Source: the human T2T-CHM13v2.0 reference genome, Homo sapiens. From it: a stretch of DNA of 64,000 bases. Below, piece by piece: positions 1 to 17,993 of the stretch. The notes under the pieces are model-generated. The model saw only the letters and a list, made by a program, of their open reading frames with translations. It searched no databases and was not told where the DNA came from. Position 1 is the first letter of the stretch. The number at the start of each line of letters is the position of its first letter. The position numbers and the translations under genes were made by a program. The stretch lies in assembly GCF_009914755.1 (NCBI RefSeq), contig NC_060927.1; one strand, 5' to 3'.

Positions 1-159
1 CCAAAAAGTTGGCCCATAGTAATAGATTTGGGGTTTACAGTTCTATAAATGACCTTTTCTTCCTCTCCATAGCCATGTTCATTCATTAAAGTTAGCGTAT
101 CCGCCAGCACATGCAGAACTTTTGTCTTAGCAGCAAAAGGCTCTCCTACTAACATAAAA
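1..159 (-). CDS. DNAH12: Exon T, partial ([13 protein letters not shown]...[11 protein letters not shown]), AAA2
   Basis: ccttcatag acceptor; RHGFMLVG and [15 protein letters not shown]2 motifs; runs off the window. Confidence 0.93.
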
Positions 160-1425
160 CTATGAAGGAAAAGAAATAATTATACAATAAGAGTCTTTAA
201 AGAGTTAAATAATTTATATCAGTATATAAAACTTTACCCTGTGATAATTACTACTTATAATTTTTGAAATCATATGAATTTTTCTCAGACATGAAGAAAA
301 CATATTTAATTTCTGAACTGATTGACTACAAATCAAATTCTTCACTGTAATATTATTTTCTCCAAAAGGGAATATAATAAACAATCTCCAAATGACAATG
401 AAAACTTATTATCTGTGTACTCTTAAAAAAACTAAACCTGAAGCCCACTAAGGAGAGAACTGGGAAAGATTTATATTCCCAAAGTCTTCACTTGCCATAA
501 AACTATTAGTGTTCTTTACCAACTATTTCTGGATCTCCTCCCTCCTGGCACATATAGGATTTCTGGCCCTCTTGTGGAAAGACTAGGTAACTAGTTCTAA
601 CCAACGGGTAATAAATGGAAATGATGGGCATTACTTCCAAGCAGGGATAGGTAATTGCCAGCTAGAGACCTCACAGAGCTCCCTTTTCCCTCTAGCATGG
701 CCGTGACCCACAACGTTGAGGTGGTGCTTACTCTAACAGCCTGGGCCCTGAGTGGTCATGACGAGCAGGGCTGCCCTGGTAACCTACTATATATAAATGA
801 GAAATAAATCTTTGTTTTTTAAATCACTAACATTTGGGTGTTGACAGTTCTTACAGAATATCCTAGCCCATCCTTAATAACAGAAGTTGGTACCTAGAAG
901 AGGGGGGGATATTCTTGCCATAATAATAATAATAAAAAAAACCTAATGTGGCATTGGCTTAAAGGCCAGATTGTGAGTGACAAATTAACTGGTATCAGAA
1001 GCTAAAATATGGACAATTATTGTCATGCAATGAATGATGAAACATTTGGTAAATGTATTCCTTGAGATTACCTGGAAGACAGCTAATTACCTAAGGAAAT
1101 GAGAATTTTAGGTGAAAAGGATAGTAAACAGAATGTTATTAGTATATAATGACAGGTACTGGTTTCACTTAAAAAAGAACCATAACAAAGAAATGAGCCC
1201 AGAAAAAAACATGGTCAGTTTGCAAGCAGGAATGAAAGAGGGAGTCCAGAAATTCAGGGACTTCTGGAATTGAATGTATCAAGTTATTCTCATTCGCAAT
1301 TGGTAAAAGATAAAATTAAGAAAACCTTTAAACAAAAATCTATTAAAACTCAGTTTGGCATCAAGTATCAAATCAAGGGTAGGGTCATTGTATCACATTA
1401 TTAAAACCTATGAAGGATTAATATG

Positions 1426-1740
<315 letters not shown>

Positions 1741-2007
1741 TCATTTCAGGAGAATAAAATGATTCATGAAAAACAGACTAAGATTGTGGCTCCCTCCACA
1801 AAGCCTGATAAGGTCAAGGATACTTCCAGGAAATTTTAAAAGGTATGGCTTATTAAGGACAGTAGTTACGGATATAGGAACATGGAGCTGTCTAGAATCA
1901 AATAGATAAAAAGCTGATTGTTTTTGAGGGAGTTTACTGACCAAAAAAACTGTGAGTCTAGTCTAAAACATAAGTGAATGTTCAAGACTTAAATAATCCT
2001 TGGGAAC

Positions 2008-2140
2008 TAGGTGTGGTGGTGCGCACCTGTAGTCCCAGCTACTCAGGAAGCTCAGGAGGGAGGATCACTTGAGCCCTGGAGTTTGAGACCAGCCTGGGCG
2101 ATATCAACAGACTACATCTCAAAAATACATAATAAATAAT
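2008..2140 (+). mobile_element. Monomeric Alu (FLAM-like)
   Basis: Single-arm Alu homology. Confidence 0.8.
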
Positions 2141-3280
2141 ATTTAAAATAATCCTTGGGTATTGAATGCATAAGGGTTGATTGTACTATTCCCTCTATTT
2201 TTGTATGTTTAAAAATTTACATAATGTTTTTGTAACCCTACCTTTAGAAAAAATCGTGACCATTGAGATCCCAACTTTCTATAGGCAAGAAGCAGGCTCA
2301 AAACATTTCTCAACTCTCCCAAGAACAGTATTTTCTCTATTGCCCACTTCATATGTGCCCAGAGAAGAAAATGGAAATGGAAAGACCTCTCAGAAGGTTA
2401 AACTAAGGCCCAAGAAGAAGAATTAAACTGGAAAGCCCCTCTCAGGTAGCAAAAACCAAGCAGAAGTAGATTCAGGTTTTAAGAAAGGTGGCTCTCTAAG
2501 TAAATATAAATATATATACACACACACATAACTTACTTATATAACATATATATAACTTTTACTTATATAACTATAAATACAAAATGTCCATAGCCACTTT
2601 AATGACACCCTGTATAATAAATCACATATACAAAATGCTTATGGCTCCTTAGATGAGGCCCTTCAAGTGAGAGGTCCTGAAGTTTAAACTCTATTAGTTT
2701 CACAATCAATCCATCTCTAGAACTGGGGCCCTCACATGACCAGCTGGATTTCAGAATTGTCACATTACAGTGTTGGCTGTGTCTTCTATTCTTCAGTTTC
2801 TGAATGGGAGTGTTTGCTCTGGTAACCCTGTTCTGATAAGCCCACTATTGTGCACTGGGTTTGTGGAGAAAAGATAACTTGTCTTTCTAGGTTGTAGGTC
2901 TCTGGATCAAGAGGAACAACTTCCAGGTATGATACAAAGGCTACCATGCATCGTCACCTAGGGATCCTGAACTTTGAGTCTGGTTCATTTATTGATTAGA
3001 ACTTTTAGGTGCCTCCCTGGGAAGGGAAGAGTGTGTTTTTATGCAAATGGTGGTATTTATTAGTACTAGGTCACTGAATGAGCACTTCTTACCAACCCTT
3101 GTTGGACATGTAGTATGAGAAATAAACCTTTGCCTTTTAAGCCACTGGGGGGCCAGGGGGCGGGCGGGGGTTGCTCTCAACTCACCTAATCAGTTTGCCA
3201 AGTCTTTGGTTCATGGATTTTAGTTGTTTTACCAGCTTAATTAAGAAATAACATCTAACTATAGCAATATATAATCTTAC

Positions 3281-3390
3281 CCATGTCTAACAATCATCAT
3301 TTCATATGTTTGAATTATTTTTTCAAGAAAAAATTTAACAGGCTGAAGATTATGTACATTGCAGGCTTCATGAGCACATTCCAAAAATTC
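3281..3390 (-). CDS. DNAH12: Exon S (EFLECAHEAC...MMIVRH)
   Basis: tttcag acceptor, GG|gtaaga donor, 110 nt. Confidence 0.93.
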
Positions 3391-4301
3391 CTGAAATAAA
3401 AAAAAGTAATGCATTTCTACAACACAATATTATAAATGTCATACCTGTCTTATAAGTGTAGATTTTAAATTTACTAGTTAAAAAAAAACTATCATCATTG
3501 TTTATTATTTCTTAAAACTTTATTATTTTTTCAAATCAAGAGGAGAAACATAGACTCAAAATACTTTTAATGTATTAGTCTTCCCTATTGTAAGTTATGA
3601 ATGATCATAGCATGATAGTACTGGGTGTATGCTGCATGAAAATAACTCCTTTTAATAGTGTTTCCCAGAATTTCACTTTTGGTTAGGAAATAGAAAGACC
3701 TGTCAGACAATCCTGCACACTTGTAGTAACCAGAAATAAACAAATAAGTTTTTTAAAATTATAAAAAATTTAAACACATAGAAGTACTTTGGATGCAAAT
3801 AAATATATAAAAGAACTCAGTTTCAGAAAGGGATGATGAGCCTTTCCTAGGTAAGCACAAAGCAACAGCTGTTTTCACCCTAGGGACATTTTCTAAGTCT
3901 GGACTTGGTGGATATCGGATTGGGCCTGCTATAGACAGAAGGACTTAGCCAAAGTAGGAAGAAACCAATAGAGATTTTAATGGTTGTGTGGGCTTATGTG
4001 ACAGATTTGAATTTGGAGAAGCCCAAATGCCAAGCTGGTTCTCCCGAACATCCATGCTTTTGCTCAGCATGTAGTGACACAAGAGACCAAGGGCTTGGCT
4101 GGAAAGACACACAGAGAGATTTCTTTAGTCTCAGAATGCTTAGATCCCAAAATCCTACTACAGGGAAGGGCCAATCATATGGCAGGACAATTCTTACTCA
4201 GAAGACATTTGAAGCCAGAAGTAAACTACAGCTCAGTAATGCTGCAACAAAACTCTGACTTAGGTCAACACTCAACTGAATTGATTAGCAATGCAACCTA
4301 G

Positions 4302-4691
<390 letters not shown>

Positions 4692-4749
4692 TTAGCCTGT
4701 ATAATTATTTTATACACATTGTTTAACATACAATCAAAACTTAAGGTTG

Positions 4750-7030
4750 GACGTCCTAGCCAGAACAATCAGGCAAGAGAAAGAAATAAAAGGCATCCAA
4801 ATAGAAAAAGAAGAAGTCAAACTGTCTTCTCTGACAATATGATGCTACACCTAGAAAACCCTAAAGACTCTGCCAAAAGGCTCCTGAAACTGATAAATGA
4901 CTATGGTAAAGTTTCAGGAACAAAATCAATGTACAAAAATCAGTAGCATTTCCACACACCAATAACATTCAAGCTGAAAGTTATATCAAGAATGCAATCC
5001 GGCCGGGCGCGGTGGCCCACGTCTGTAATCTCAGCACTTTGGGAGGCCGAGGTGGGTGGATCATTTGAGGTCAGAGGTTCAAGACCAGCCTGGCCAACAT
5101 GGTGAAACCCCATCTCTACTAAAAATACAAAACTATCTGGGCAGTAGTGGCACGCACCTGTAATCCCAGCTACTTGGGAGGCTGCAGTAAGCAGAGATTG
5201 TGCCACTGCACTCCAGTCTGGGCAACAGAGTGAAACTCTGTCTCAGACAAAAAAAAAAAAAAAGGAAAGCAACTCCATTTACAATAGACATACACACACA
5301 CATACACACACACAGTAGGAATATATCTAACCAAAGAGATAAAGATCTCTACAAGGAGAACTACAAAACACTGCTGAAAGAAATCATAGATGACACAAAT
5401 GGAAAAACATCCCATGCTCATGGATTGGAAGAATGAATATTGTTAAAATGGCCATGCTGCTCAATGCAATCTACGGATTCAATGCTACTCCTATCAAGCT
5501 ACCAAGATTACTTTTCACAGAACTAGAAAAAAATTATTCTAAAATTCAGATGGAACCAAAAAGGAGCCTGAATAGCCAAAGCAATCCTAAGCAAAAAGAA
5601 CAAAGCCAGAGGAATCACATTACCCAACTTCAAACTATAAGATTACAGTAACCAAAACTGTATGGTACTGGTACAAAAATAGTGACACAGACCAATAGAA
5701 TGACTAGAAACCCAAAAATAAAGCTGCACACCTACAGCCACCTGATCTTCAACAAAGTGGACAAAAGCGATGGAGAAAAGACTTCCTATTCAATCCATAG
5801 TGCTAGGATGGCTTGTTAGCCATATATAGAAGAATTATTGGACCCCTACCTTTCACCATATACAAAAATTAACTCAATATGGACTGAAAAGTTAAGATCT
5901 CAAACTGTAAGAATCCTAGAAGAAAACCTAGGAATCACCATTCTGGACACTGGCCTTGGGAAGGAATTTATGACTAAGTCCTCAAAAGCAATCGCTACAA
6001 AAACAAAAACTGACAAGTGGGACCTATTTAAACTACAGAGCTTCTGCATGGCAAAAGAAACTATCAACAGAAAAAACAACAACCTACAGAATGGGAGAAA
6101 ATATTCACAAATTATGCATCCAGCAAAGGTCTAATATCCAGAATTGATAAGGAACTTAAACAATTGAACAGGAAAAAAAAACATTTAAAAATGGGCAAAG
6201 GATACGAACAGATGCTTCTCAAAAGACATGCAAGCAGCCAACAAATATATGAAAAAATGTTCAACATCACTAATCGTCAGAGAAATGCAAATCAAAAATA
6301 CAATGAGATACCATCTCATACAAGTCAGAATGGCTATTACTAAAAAGTTAAGAACAACAGATGCTGGCAAGCCTGCAGAGAAAAGGGAATACTCATATGC
6401 TGTTGGTAGGAATGCAAATTAGTTCAGTCACCGTGGAAAGCAGTTTAGAGATTTCTCAAAAAACTTAAAACAGAACTACCATTTGACCCAGCAATCCCAT
6501 TACTGGGTATATATCCAAAAGAAAATAAATTGTTCTACCAAAGAGACACATGCATGCATTATGTTTACCACAGCACTATTCACAATAGCAAAGACATGGA
6601 ATCAACCTAGGTGCCCATCAACAGTAGATTGAATAAAGCAAATGTACATATATACCATGGAATACTATGCAGCCATAAAAAAGAACAAAATCATGTCCTT
6701 TGCAGCAACATGGATATAGCTGGAGGCCACTCTCCTAAGCAAATTCACACAGGAACAGGAAACCAAATACTGCATGTTCTCACTTGTAAGTGGTAGGCAA
6801 ACACTGGGTACTCATGAACATAATAATGGCAACAACAGACACTGGGGACTACTAAGGGGAAGAGAGAGGGAGGGGAACAAGGGCTGAAAAACTAACTATT
6901 GGGTACTATGCTCAGTACCTGGGTGATGGTATCAATAATACCTCAAACTTCAGCATCATGATTATGCCCATGAAACAAACCTGCACATGTACCCCTTGAA
7001 TCTAAAAGTTGAAATTCCTTTAAAAATAAG
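4750..7030 (+). mobile_element. 5'-truncated older L1 (L1PB/late L1PA type), ORF2 3' half plus 3'UTR, interrupted by an Alu at 5001-5262
   Basis: ORF fragments match L1 ORF2 ([26 protein letters not shown]); L1 3'UTR and A-tail. Confidence 0.9.
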
Positions 7031-7036
7031 TAAATA

Positions 7037-8940
<1,904 letters not shown>

Positions 8941-9414
8941 AAAAGCAAGATGGCAATTTAGTACTATTTTTCCAACTGGAATCTACGGATTTATTGCAGT
9001 ATTCATAAGAGTACATAAGAGTTCTTCAAGAAAATATTAAAATTTTGTGTTTTCATTTTGGTGTTTAAAAATCATATTAGCATATTCTGAATCATCTTGA
9101 TAGTCACCTTAACCTGCCATAAAATGCATATTAGTATTTGAGCATAAGAATTTAAAAAACAGACAAAAAAATAAAGATGCCTTTAAGTTAAGTGATCTCT
9201 TAATGATTTGACAGCTCAAACAAAAAGATTTTGCAGTCATATCGTAAAGAGAAGACATGGAAGAATTGAATCATCACTTGGCAAAAGGTGGTTTATGAAC
9301 GCTGAACTCAAGAGAATCTTCACTGTACATTTCACAATAGAAATTCCCATAAAGTAACAAGTTACTTTCAGCCACATATTACCTATTTCATTAATTGCGT
9401 TAAATTGAATTTGA

Positions 9415-9774
<360 letters not shown>

Positions 9775-10224
9775 TAACGGCTATAAGCAGCAGTTAAGTA
9801 TATACATATTTAAGCTTCATTATAATATGTATAATCTACATGAAGTTGGAAATGCGAGTGGTTTGTGTCTTATTTTTGTTATTTTAAATTTTTAATTGAC
9901 AAATATTTTTATATATTTAAGGTGCAACATGATGATTTGATAAACATATACATTATATAATGATTACCACAATCTAATTAACATATCCATCACTACCCGT
10001 AGTTACCGTGTGCATCTGTGTTAAGGACTGTTTCCTTTAAAAAAAAATAAAAATGAGTCTATTAAGTAAATTTGAGAAACAAAGCCTTATTATGTTACCT
10101 ATAGGATGTTTTACTACTTTCATTTCTATCTAATAAAATACACAATAGTATTTAGTATGCAATACTATATATTACACAATAGTGTAATACACTATTACAG
10201 TATGTATACTAATATTGTAAATCA

Positions 10225-10821
<597 letters not shown>

Positions 10822-11027
10822 TGTTTAACCTGAATCTTGACAGGTTAACCCTGGTATCATATAATATGAAAGTACCCAAATTTACTTATTGTTATTAACT
10901 AAAGTGGACAAAATAGGGGATTTTCCTCAAAACAGAATAATTTCACACATTAATAAATCTTGGTAAACAATTGAGTCATCGGATGAATTTATTATGCCGA
11001 ATAAGTCATTCTCATGGGTTTACTTAC

Positions 11028-11147
11028 GTGATAGTCAGCTTCAGGAAGTTTAATACCAGGAAATAAGTCACTAGTTATTCCATTAAATAAAGGTATATCA
11101 TGTGATAAAAACTTTGGTTCATTTACATCTTTAATTGATCGAAGAAG
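11028..11147 (-). CDS. DNAH12: Exon R ([13 protein letters not shown]...EADYH)
   Basis: attttag acceptor, CAC|gtaagt donor, 120 nt; SDLFPG motif. Confidence 0.94.
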
Positions 11148-11504
11148 CTAAAATTACCCAAAAAGTACAATGTTAAGTTAGTTGCCAGCAATTGCAACCC
11201 CACTTCTCCCTCCCCTCCCAGCCCCGGCCTGCCCCACCCCACCCCCCTGGCTAAAAGTCAAAGTTTATTTTACATTGCTCTCTGGAATCCCTATAATAAA
11301 AAGTCAATACTATGCTTATCAAACTAAAAAGTCTTTGTATTCATATGAAGTATAACAACATAACCCAAAAAACCATCATTTCAACCTCTTATGAAAAGAC
11401 AAAGCTCAACCCTCTCAAGTGCCTATTTGTAGTTCCTGATTAACCTCACTAAAGAAAATTATCTTTCTACTGAAACTTTCCCAATGTGTATATTTAATAC
11501 TTAC

Positions 11505-11750
11505 AAGTATATCTTCATTTTCATTTGGGTATTTTAGTTTTAGATTGCCAGCAGCCACTAAAACGGCTTTTACTGCTCGCATTCCATAGTCGTAATGAAA
11601 TTGCGATGAGAGCTGCTCTGAGCAAAGCCTATAGGTCATTACTATTTTCACAGACAGAGGTCTTGCATTCAAAAATCCGTAAGAGTAGAGGGAGATTTCT
11701 GCTATAAGCGCATAGTTTGGAACCATCATAGCCACTGTTCTAAAAAGAAC
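11505..11750 (-). CDS. DNAH12: Exon Q, AAA1 ([10 protein letters not shown]...[10 protein letters not shown]...NEDIL)
   Basis: cttcag acceptor, CTT|gtaagt donor, 246 nt. Confidence 0.96.
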
Positions 11751-12037
11751 CTGAAGTATAAAATAAATGAAATATATTACGTACATAAATGAAGCTGTTT
11801 TTAAGCTGAGCATAAGTATTCAAAGGTGTGGTGTTGTCAAGTTTATTCTCCAAATGCAGCACCTTTTTCTAAACTCTAATTTTTTTTAGTAGTACTTTTA
11901 ATATTTTTATGCAGTTAGTATTTTTTTGGATGTTTAAAAAAGTTTTGGGAGGGAAATTACAATTTTATGGAAAAAAATCATTTTGAATGGATTATGCTGG
12001 GTTTTTTTAATTCACGAACTTACACTCAAAAAATATT

Positions 12038-12597
<560 letters not shown>

Positions 12598-12863
12598 CTA
12601 AGGACAAAGAAAAAGGAAAGTGATTTTTTTCTCAGGAAAGGATATCATCTCTTAAAACAAATACCTAATATTTTAAGTCAGAATTGAAAGTTAAATTTAG
12701 TAAAAGTTCCAAGGATAAAAACAATGTCTTTACTCCTAAAATGAAAGTCCAAGTAATATTCAAACCACATTCATGTTTAAACATGAGTTTGCTTCCATTT
12801 ATCCAATTAGACCTAGCTGTAAGTTTGAAACATTTAATATTATTGATTCAGCAATTTAACTAC

Positions 12864-13016
12864 CTTTCCCATTGCTAGATAATCTAGCCCATCAGAACAG
12901 TTGAACACCACACACTGTACAGCAAGAGCTTTAGCCAAGTCCTTGGTGGTTTCGGTTTTTCCTGTGCCTGCTGGCCCCTCTGGAGCACCTCCAAGGTTTA
13001 AATAGAAAGCACCTAT
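12864..13016 (-). CDS. DNAH12: Exon O, AAA1 Walker A (GPAGTGKT)
   Basis: tttcag acceptor, AAG|gtagtt donor, 153 nt. Confidence 0.96.
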
Positions 13017-14003
13017 CTGAAATGAAAAACACATGTGAAAAGAAATCCATGCTTAAATTTAAAAAAACAACAGACACTTGTTTACCAAATGGATTTAGCC
13101 TGTTCTGTAGCTTCAGAGAAGCCATTATATAATTACATTGTTTAATTTTTAGCCCAAATTTTTCTAGCTGCATGAAGAGAAAGCATTTTAAAACGTTCAA
13201 AAAAGTGACAATGTATCAAAACTTGTCTTCTGACACTTTCATAGGTATCCCATTTGTTTTTAAAAACAATCTAGCCTTATGGGGGTAAAATTAGTTCAGG
13301 AAGGTTTTAATTAGAAGTGGTTGTGGAGATGGTTGTGGAGGACAATAATGACACATTCTAGATGGCTCACTGCAAAGGGGGTAAAACACCAGAAAGTGAG
13401 AGCTATAAATGGCACCCATGATTGGGAAAAGAAACAGATGACCTATTATATAATTTTGTCTACGATTTGCCTGGCTATTGCCTTTTACTCTTGGTATGTT
13501 CTCCATTTTCTACATTCCCATAAAACTGCTCTATGCTTCTCTTACCGGTAGTATCACTTTCTACCTTGTATTATACTTAATTACGTACATTCTTTTTTCT
13601 CATCAATTAGTCTTTAAAGTGCTTAATGACAATATCAGCAGTATTTGAATTATTCCTGGGTCCCCACAATGACTGGAATAGTGGCTGGAAATTTTTAGAA
13701 ACATAAATTACAGTCAGCTCTAACTATGGAGTCTGTTTCACGGGAGTTTCAAATTTAACTTCTTTTAGAAAAAGTACGGCTAAGTGACCAAGGCTGTGCA
13801 TGTAAGGGGGGTAGGGGGAATAAGTGAACTCTGCAGTTTGCTCTTAATTTTGCTATGAACCTAGAACTGCTCAAAAAAAGGTCTACCTTTAAAAATAAGT
13901 AAACCACAAAGTGATAAATATTTTTACTTTATTTTTACTTTATTTTAAAAATCCAAGAGAGACAGCTAGTGTAAAAAATGCAGTATCAGTGATAGTTCAT
14001 CCA

Positions 14004-14422
<419 letters not shown>

Positions 14423-14960
14423 TGAATAATAAATATACTAGTGTGTCTGGAATTGGTGGGTGCTTGGTCTCACTGACTTCAAGAATGAAGCCGCGGACCC
14501 TCGAGGTGAGTCTTACAGCTCTTAAGGTGGCGCATCCAGAGTTTGTTCCTTCTGATGGTCGGATGTGTTGGGAGTTTCTTCCTTCTGGTGGGTTCGTGGT
14601 CTCGCTGGCTCAGGAGTGAAGCTGCAGACCTTCACAGTGAGTGTTACAGCTCTTAAGGCAGCACGTCTGGACTTGTTCATTCCTCCTGGTGGGCTCGTGC
14701 TCTCACTGGCTTCAGGAGAGAAGCTGCAGACCTTCGCCCTGAGTGTTAAAGCTCTTAATGCAGCACGTCTGGAGTTGTTCGTTCCTCCCAGGGGGGCTCG
14801 TGGTCTCGCTGGCTTCAGGAGTGAAGCTGTAGGTCTTCGCAGTGAGTGTGACAGCTCAATGGACCCAGAGTGAGCAGTAGCAAGATTTATTGCAAAAAGC
14901 AAAAGAACAAAGCTTCCACAGCGTGGAATAGAACCCGACCATGTTGCCAATGCTGGCTCA

Positions 14961-15560
14961 GGCAGCCTGCTTTTATTCTCTTATCTGGCCCCACCCACAT
15001 CCTGCTGATTGGTAGAGCGAGTGGCCTGTTTTAACAGGGTGCTGATTGGTGCATTTACAATCCCTGAGCTAGATACAAAGCTCTCCACGTCCCCATCAGA
15101 TTAGTTAGATACAGAGTATGGACACAAAGGTTCTCCAAAGCCCCACCAGAGTAGCTAGATACAGAGTGTTGATTGGTGCACTCACAAACCTTGAGCTAAA
15201 CACAGGGTGCTGATTGGTGTGTTTACAAACCTTGAGCTAGATACAGAGTGCCGATTGGTGTATTTACAACCCTGAGCTAGACATAAAGGTTCTCCAAGGC
15301 CCCACCAGAGCAGCTAGATACAGAGTGTTGATTGGTGCACTCACAAACCTTGAGCTAAACACAGGGTGCTGATTGGTGTGTTTACAAACCTTGAGCTAGA
15401 TACAGAGTGCCGATTGGTGTATTTACAACCCTGAGCTAGACATAAAGGTTCTCCAAGGCCCCACCAGAGCAGCTAGATACAGAGTGTTGATTGGTGCACT
15501 CACAAACCTTGAGCTAAACACAGGGTGCTGATTGGTGTATTTACAATCCCTGAGCTAGAC
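14961..15560 (-). promoter_or_regulatory. LTR12 enhancer/promoter: about 10 CCAAT (NF-Y) boxes plus GAATAAAA TATA-like element
   Basis: Repeated GATTGGT on the plus strand at 15007-15536; TTTTATTC near 14971. Function inferred from the ERV9 LTR family. Confidence 0.7.
15129..15560. repeat. 159-bp tandem unit, about 2.7 copies, inside the LTR12
   Basis: GGTTCTCCAA unit starts at 15129, 15288 and 15447. Confidence 0.9.
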
Positions 15561-16282
15561 ATAAAGACTCTCCATGTCCCCACCAGACTCAGAAGCCCGG
15601 CTGGCTTCACCTAGTGGATCCCACACCCGGGCTGCAGGTGGAGCTGCCTGCCAGTCCCACGCTGTGCGCTCGCACTCCTCAGCCCTTGGGTGGTCGATGG
15701 GACTGGGCGCCATGGAGCAGGGGGTGGTGCTCCTCAGGGAGGCTCCGGCCGCACAGGAGCCCATGGAGTGGGTGGGAGGCTCAGGCATGGCGGGCTGCAG
15801 GTCCCGAGCCATGCCCGGCGGGAAGGCAGCTAAGGCCCGGTGAGAAATCGAGCGCAGCGCTGGTGGGCTGGCACTGCTGGGGGACCCAGTACACCCTCCA
15901 CAGCCACTAGCCCAGGTGCTAAGTCCCTCATTGCCCGGGGCCGGCAGGGCTGGCCGGCTGCTCAGAGTGCGGGGCCCGCCAAGCCCACGCCCACCTGTAA
16001 CTCCAGCTGGCCCGCAAGCGCCGCACGCAGCCTTGGTTCCCGCTCGCGCCTCTCCCTCCACACCTCCCTGCAAGCTGAGGGAGTGGGCTCCAGCCTTGGC
16101 CAGCCCAGAAAGGGGCTCCCACAGTGCAGCGGCGGGCCGAAGGGCTCCTCAAGTGCCGCCAAAGTGGGAACCCAGGCAGAGGAGGCGCCGAGAGCAAGCG
16201 AGGGCTCTGAGGACTGCCATCACGCTGTCATCTCTCACTAGGAGACTTTTTCTCAGTGTCTAGTGTTATATTCAAGCGTTTA

Positions 16283-16880
<598 letters not shown>

Positions 16881-17675
16881 GTGTTGAATATGATTCTGAT
16901 TTTTACAACTCAAAGTTGTTAGCCCCCACCTTACAAGCACACCACAGCTTCTGACTTCACAGAGGTAACAGATATGACATCCTATTTTGAAATTCATCTG
17001 CTCAACAAATATTTAGGGATAACTGTGTCCTTGTTCAGCACTAGAGTAGAGAACAAGACAGACATAGTTCTTGCCCACAGGCAGCTACCCGAGAAAATAA
17101 AGGGTTTGGTGAAATCTTTTCTCCCAGATCCATTGTTGCCCTACCCAGAGCCCCTTTACCCAGCCATTGCATTCATCCCCCATTTGCTGTGTCAGTTGCA
17201 AATAGTTCACAGCTGCTCTTTTCTCCTTATCAGCAAGAAAATGCCTGAAAGCTTACTCATATCCCTGCCCCAGGGGTGACCCTTAGTCAATGACATTAAA
17301 CGGGTACAAAAGTCAGACCCTGCTGCTTTGAAGTGGAATAATTCGTGCCATTCATGCTTCAGAGTGCCCTGTGAGAGCAGGCTACAACTGTACATCTGTT
17401 GAAACCACATCTTTGCTTAACTTTTTACTGTCCCATCCTGCTGTCCTTATTTCCCTACAGGTTTTTACTAAGAACATTACCTAATAAATCCTTTGCACAA
17501 GAATTGCCACTTCATTTCTGCTTTAAGATAACTCATTCGAAGACACTTTAATTTCACTTACTCAGCACAGGTAGAGTGGTACTTCTTGATGCTCCTTCTC
17601 AATTCCCGTAGGAAGGGTTGCCAGATTTAGCAAATAAAAATACAGAATGCCCAGTTAAATTTTATTTCAGATAAC

Positions 17676-17990
17676 GGCCGGGCCCAGTGGCTCACGTCTG
17701 CAATCCCAGCACTTTGGAAGGCTGAGGCAGGCAGATGGCTTGAGCCCAGGAGTTCAAGACCAGCTTGGGCAAGCAACGTGGCTGAAACCCCATCTCTACT
17801 AAAAAAATACAAAAATTAGCTGGGTGTGTTGGCATCTGCCTGTAGTCCCAGCTACTTAGGAGGCTGAGGTAGGAGGATCTCCTTGAGCCCAGGTGGCAGA
17901 GGTTGCAGTGAGCCATGATGGCGCCACTGCATTCCAGCCTGGGCGGCAGAGCGAGATTCTGTCTCAGAACAAAACAAAACAAACAAAAAA
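17676..17990 (+). mobile_element. AluJ nested in MER53
   Basis: Alu consensus, TTGAGCCCAGGAG J diagnostic. Confidence 0.92.
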
Positions 17991-17993
17991 TTC

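Larger units (their letters stand above)
14442..16237 (-). mobile_element. Solo ERV9 LTR (LTR12C type), 1796 bp
   Basis: Minus strand starts TGAGAGATGACAGCGTG and ends CCAATTCCAGACACA; 4-bp TSD CTAG at 14438-14441 and 16238-16241; GC-rich 5' part and CCAAT repeat array. Confidence 0.95.

Noticed and set aside
15007-15560. CRISPR-like repeat array
   Set aside because: Intervening segments are themselves repeated with no unique spacers; no cas genes; this is the ERV9 LTR enhancer array.
16900-17530. Possible old ERVL LTR (LTR16/33-like)
   Set aside because: Only the AATAAA...AAGACA end looks familiar; too diverged to call without a profile search.
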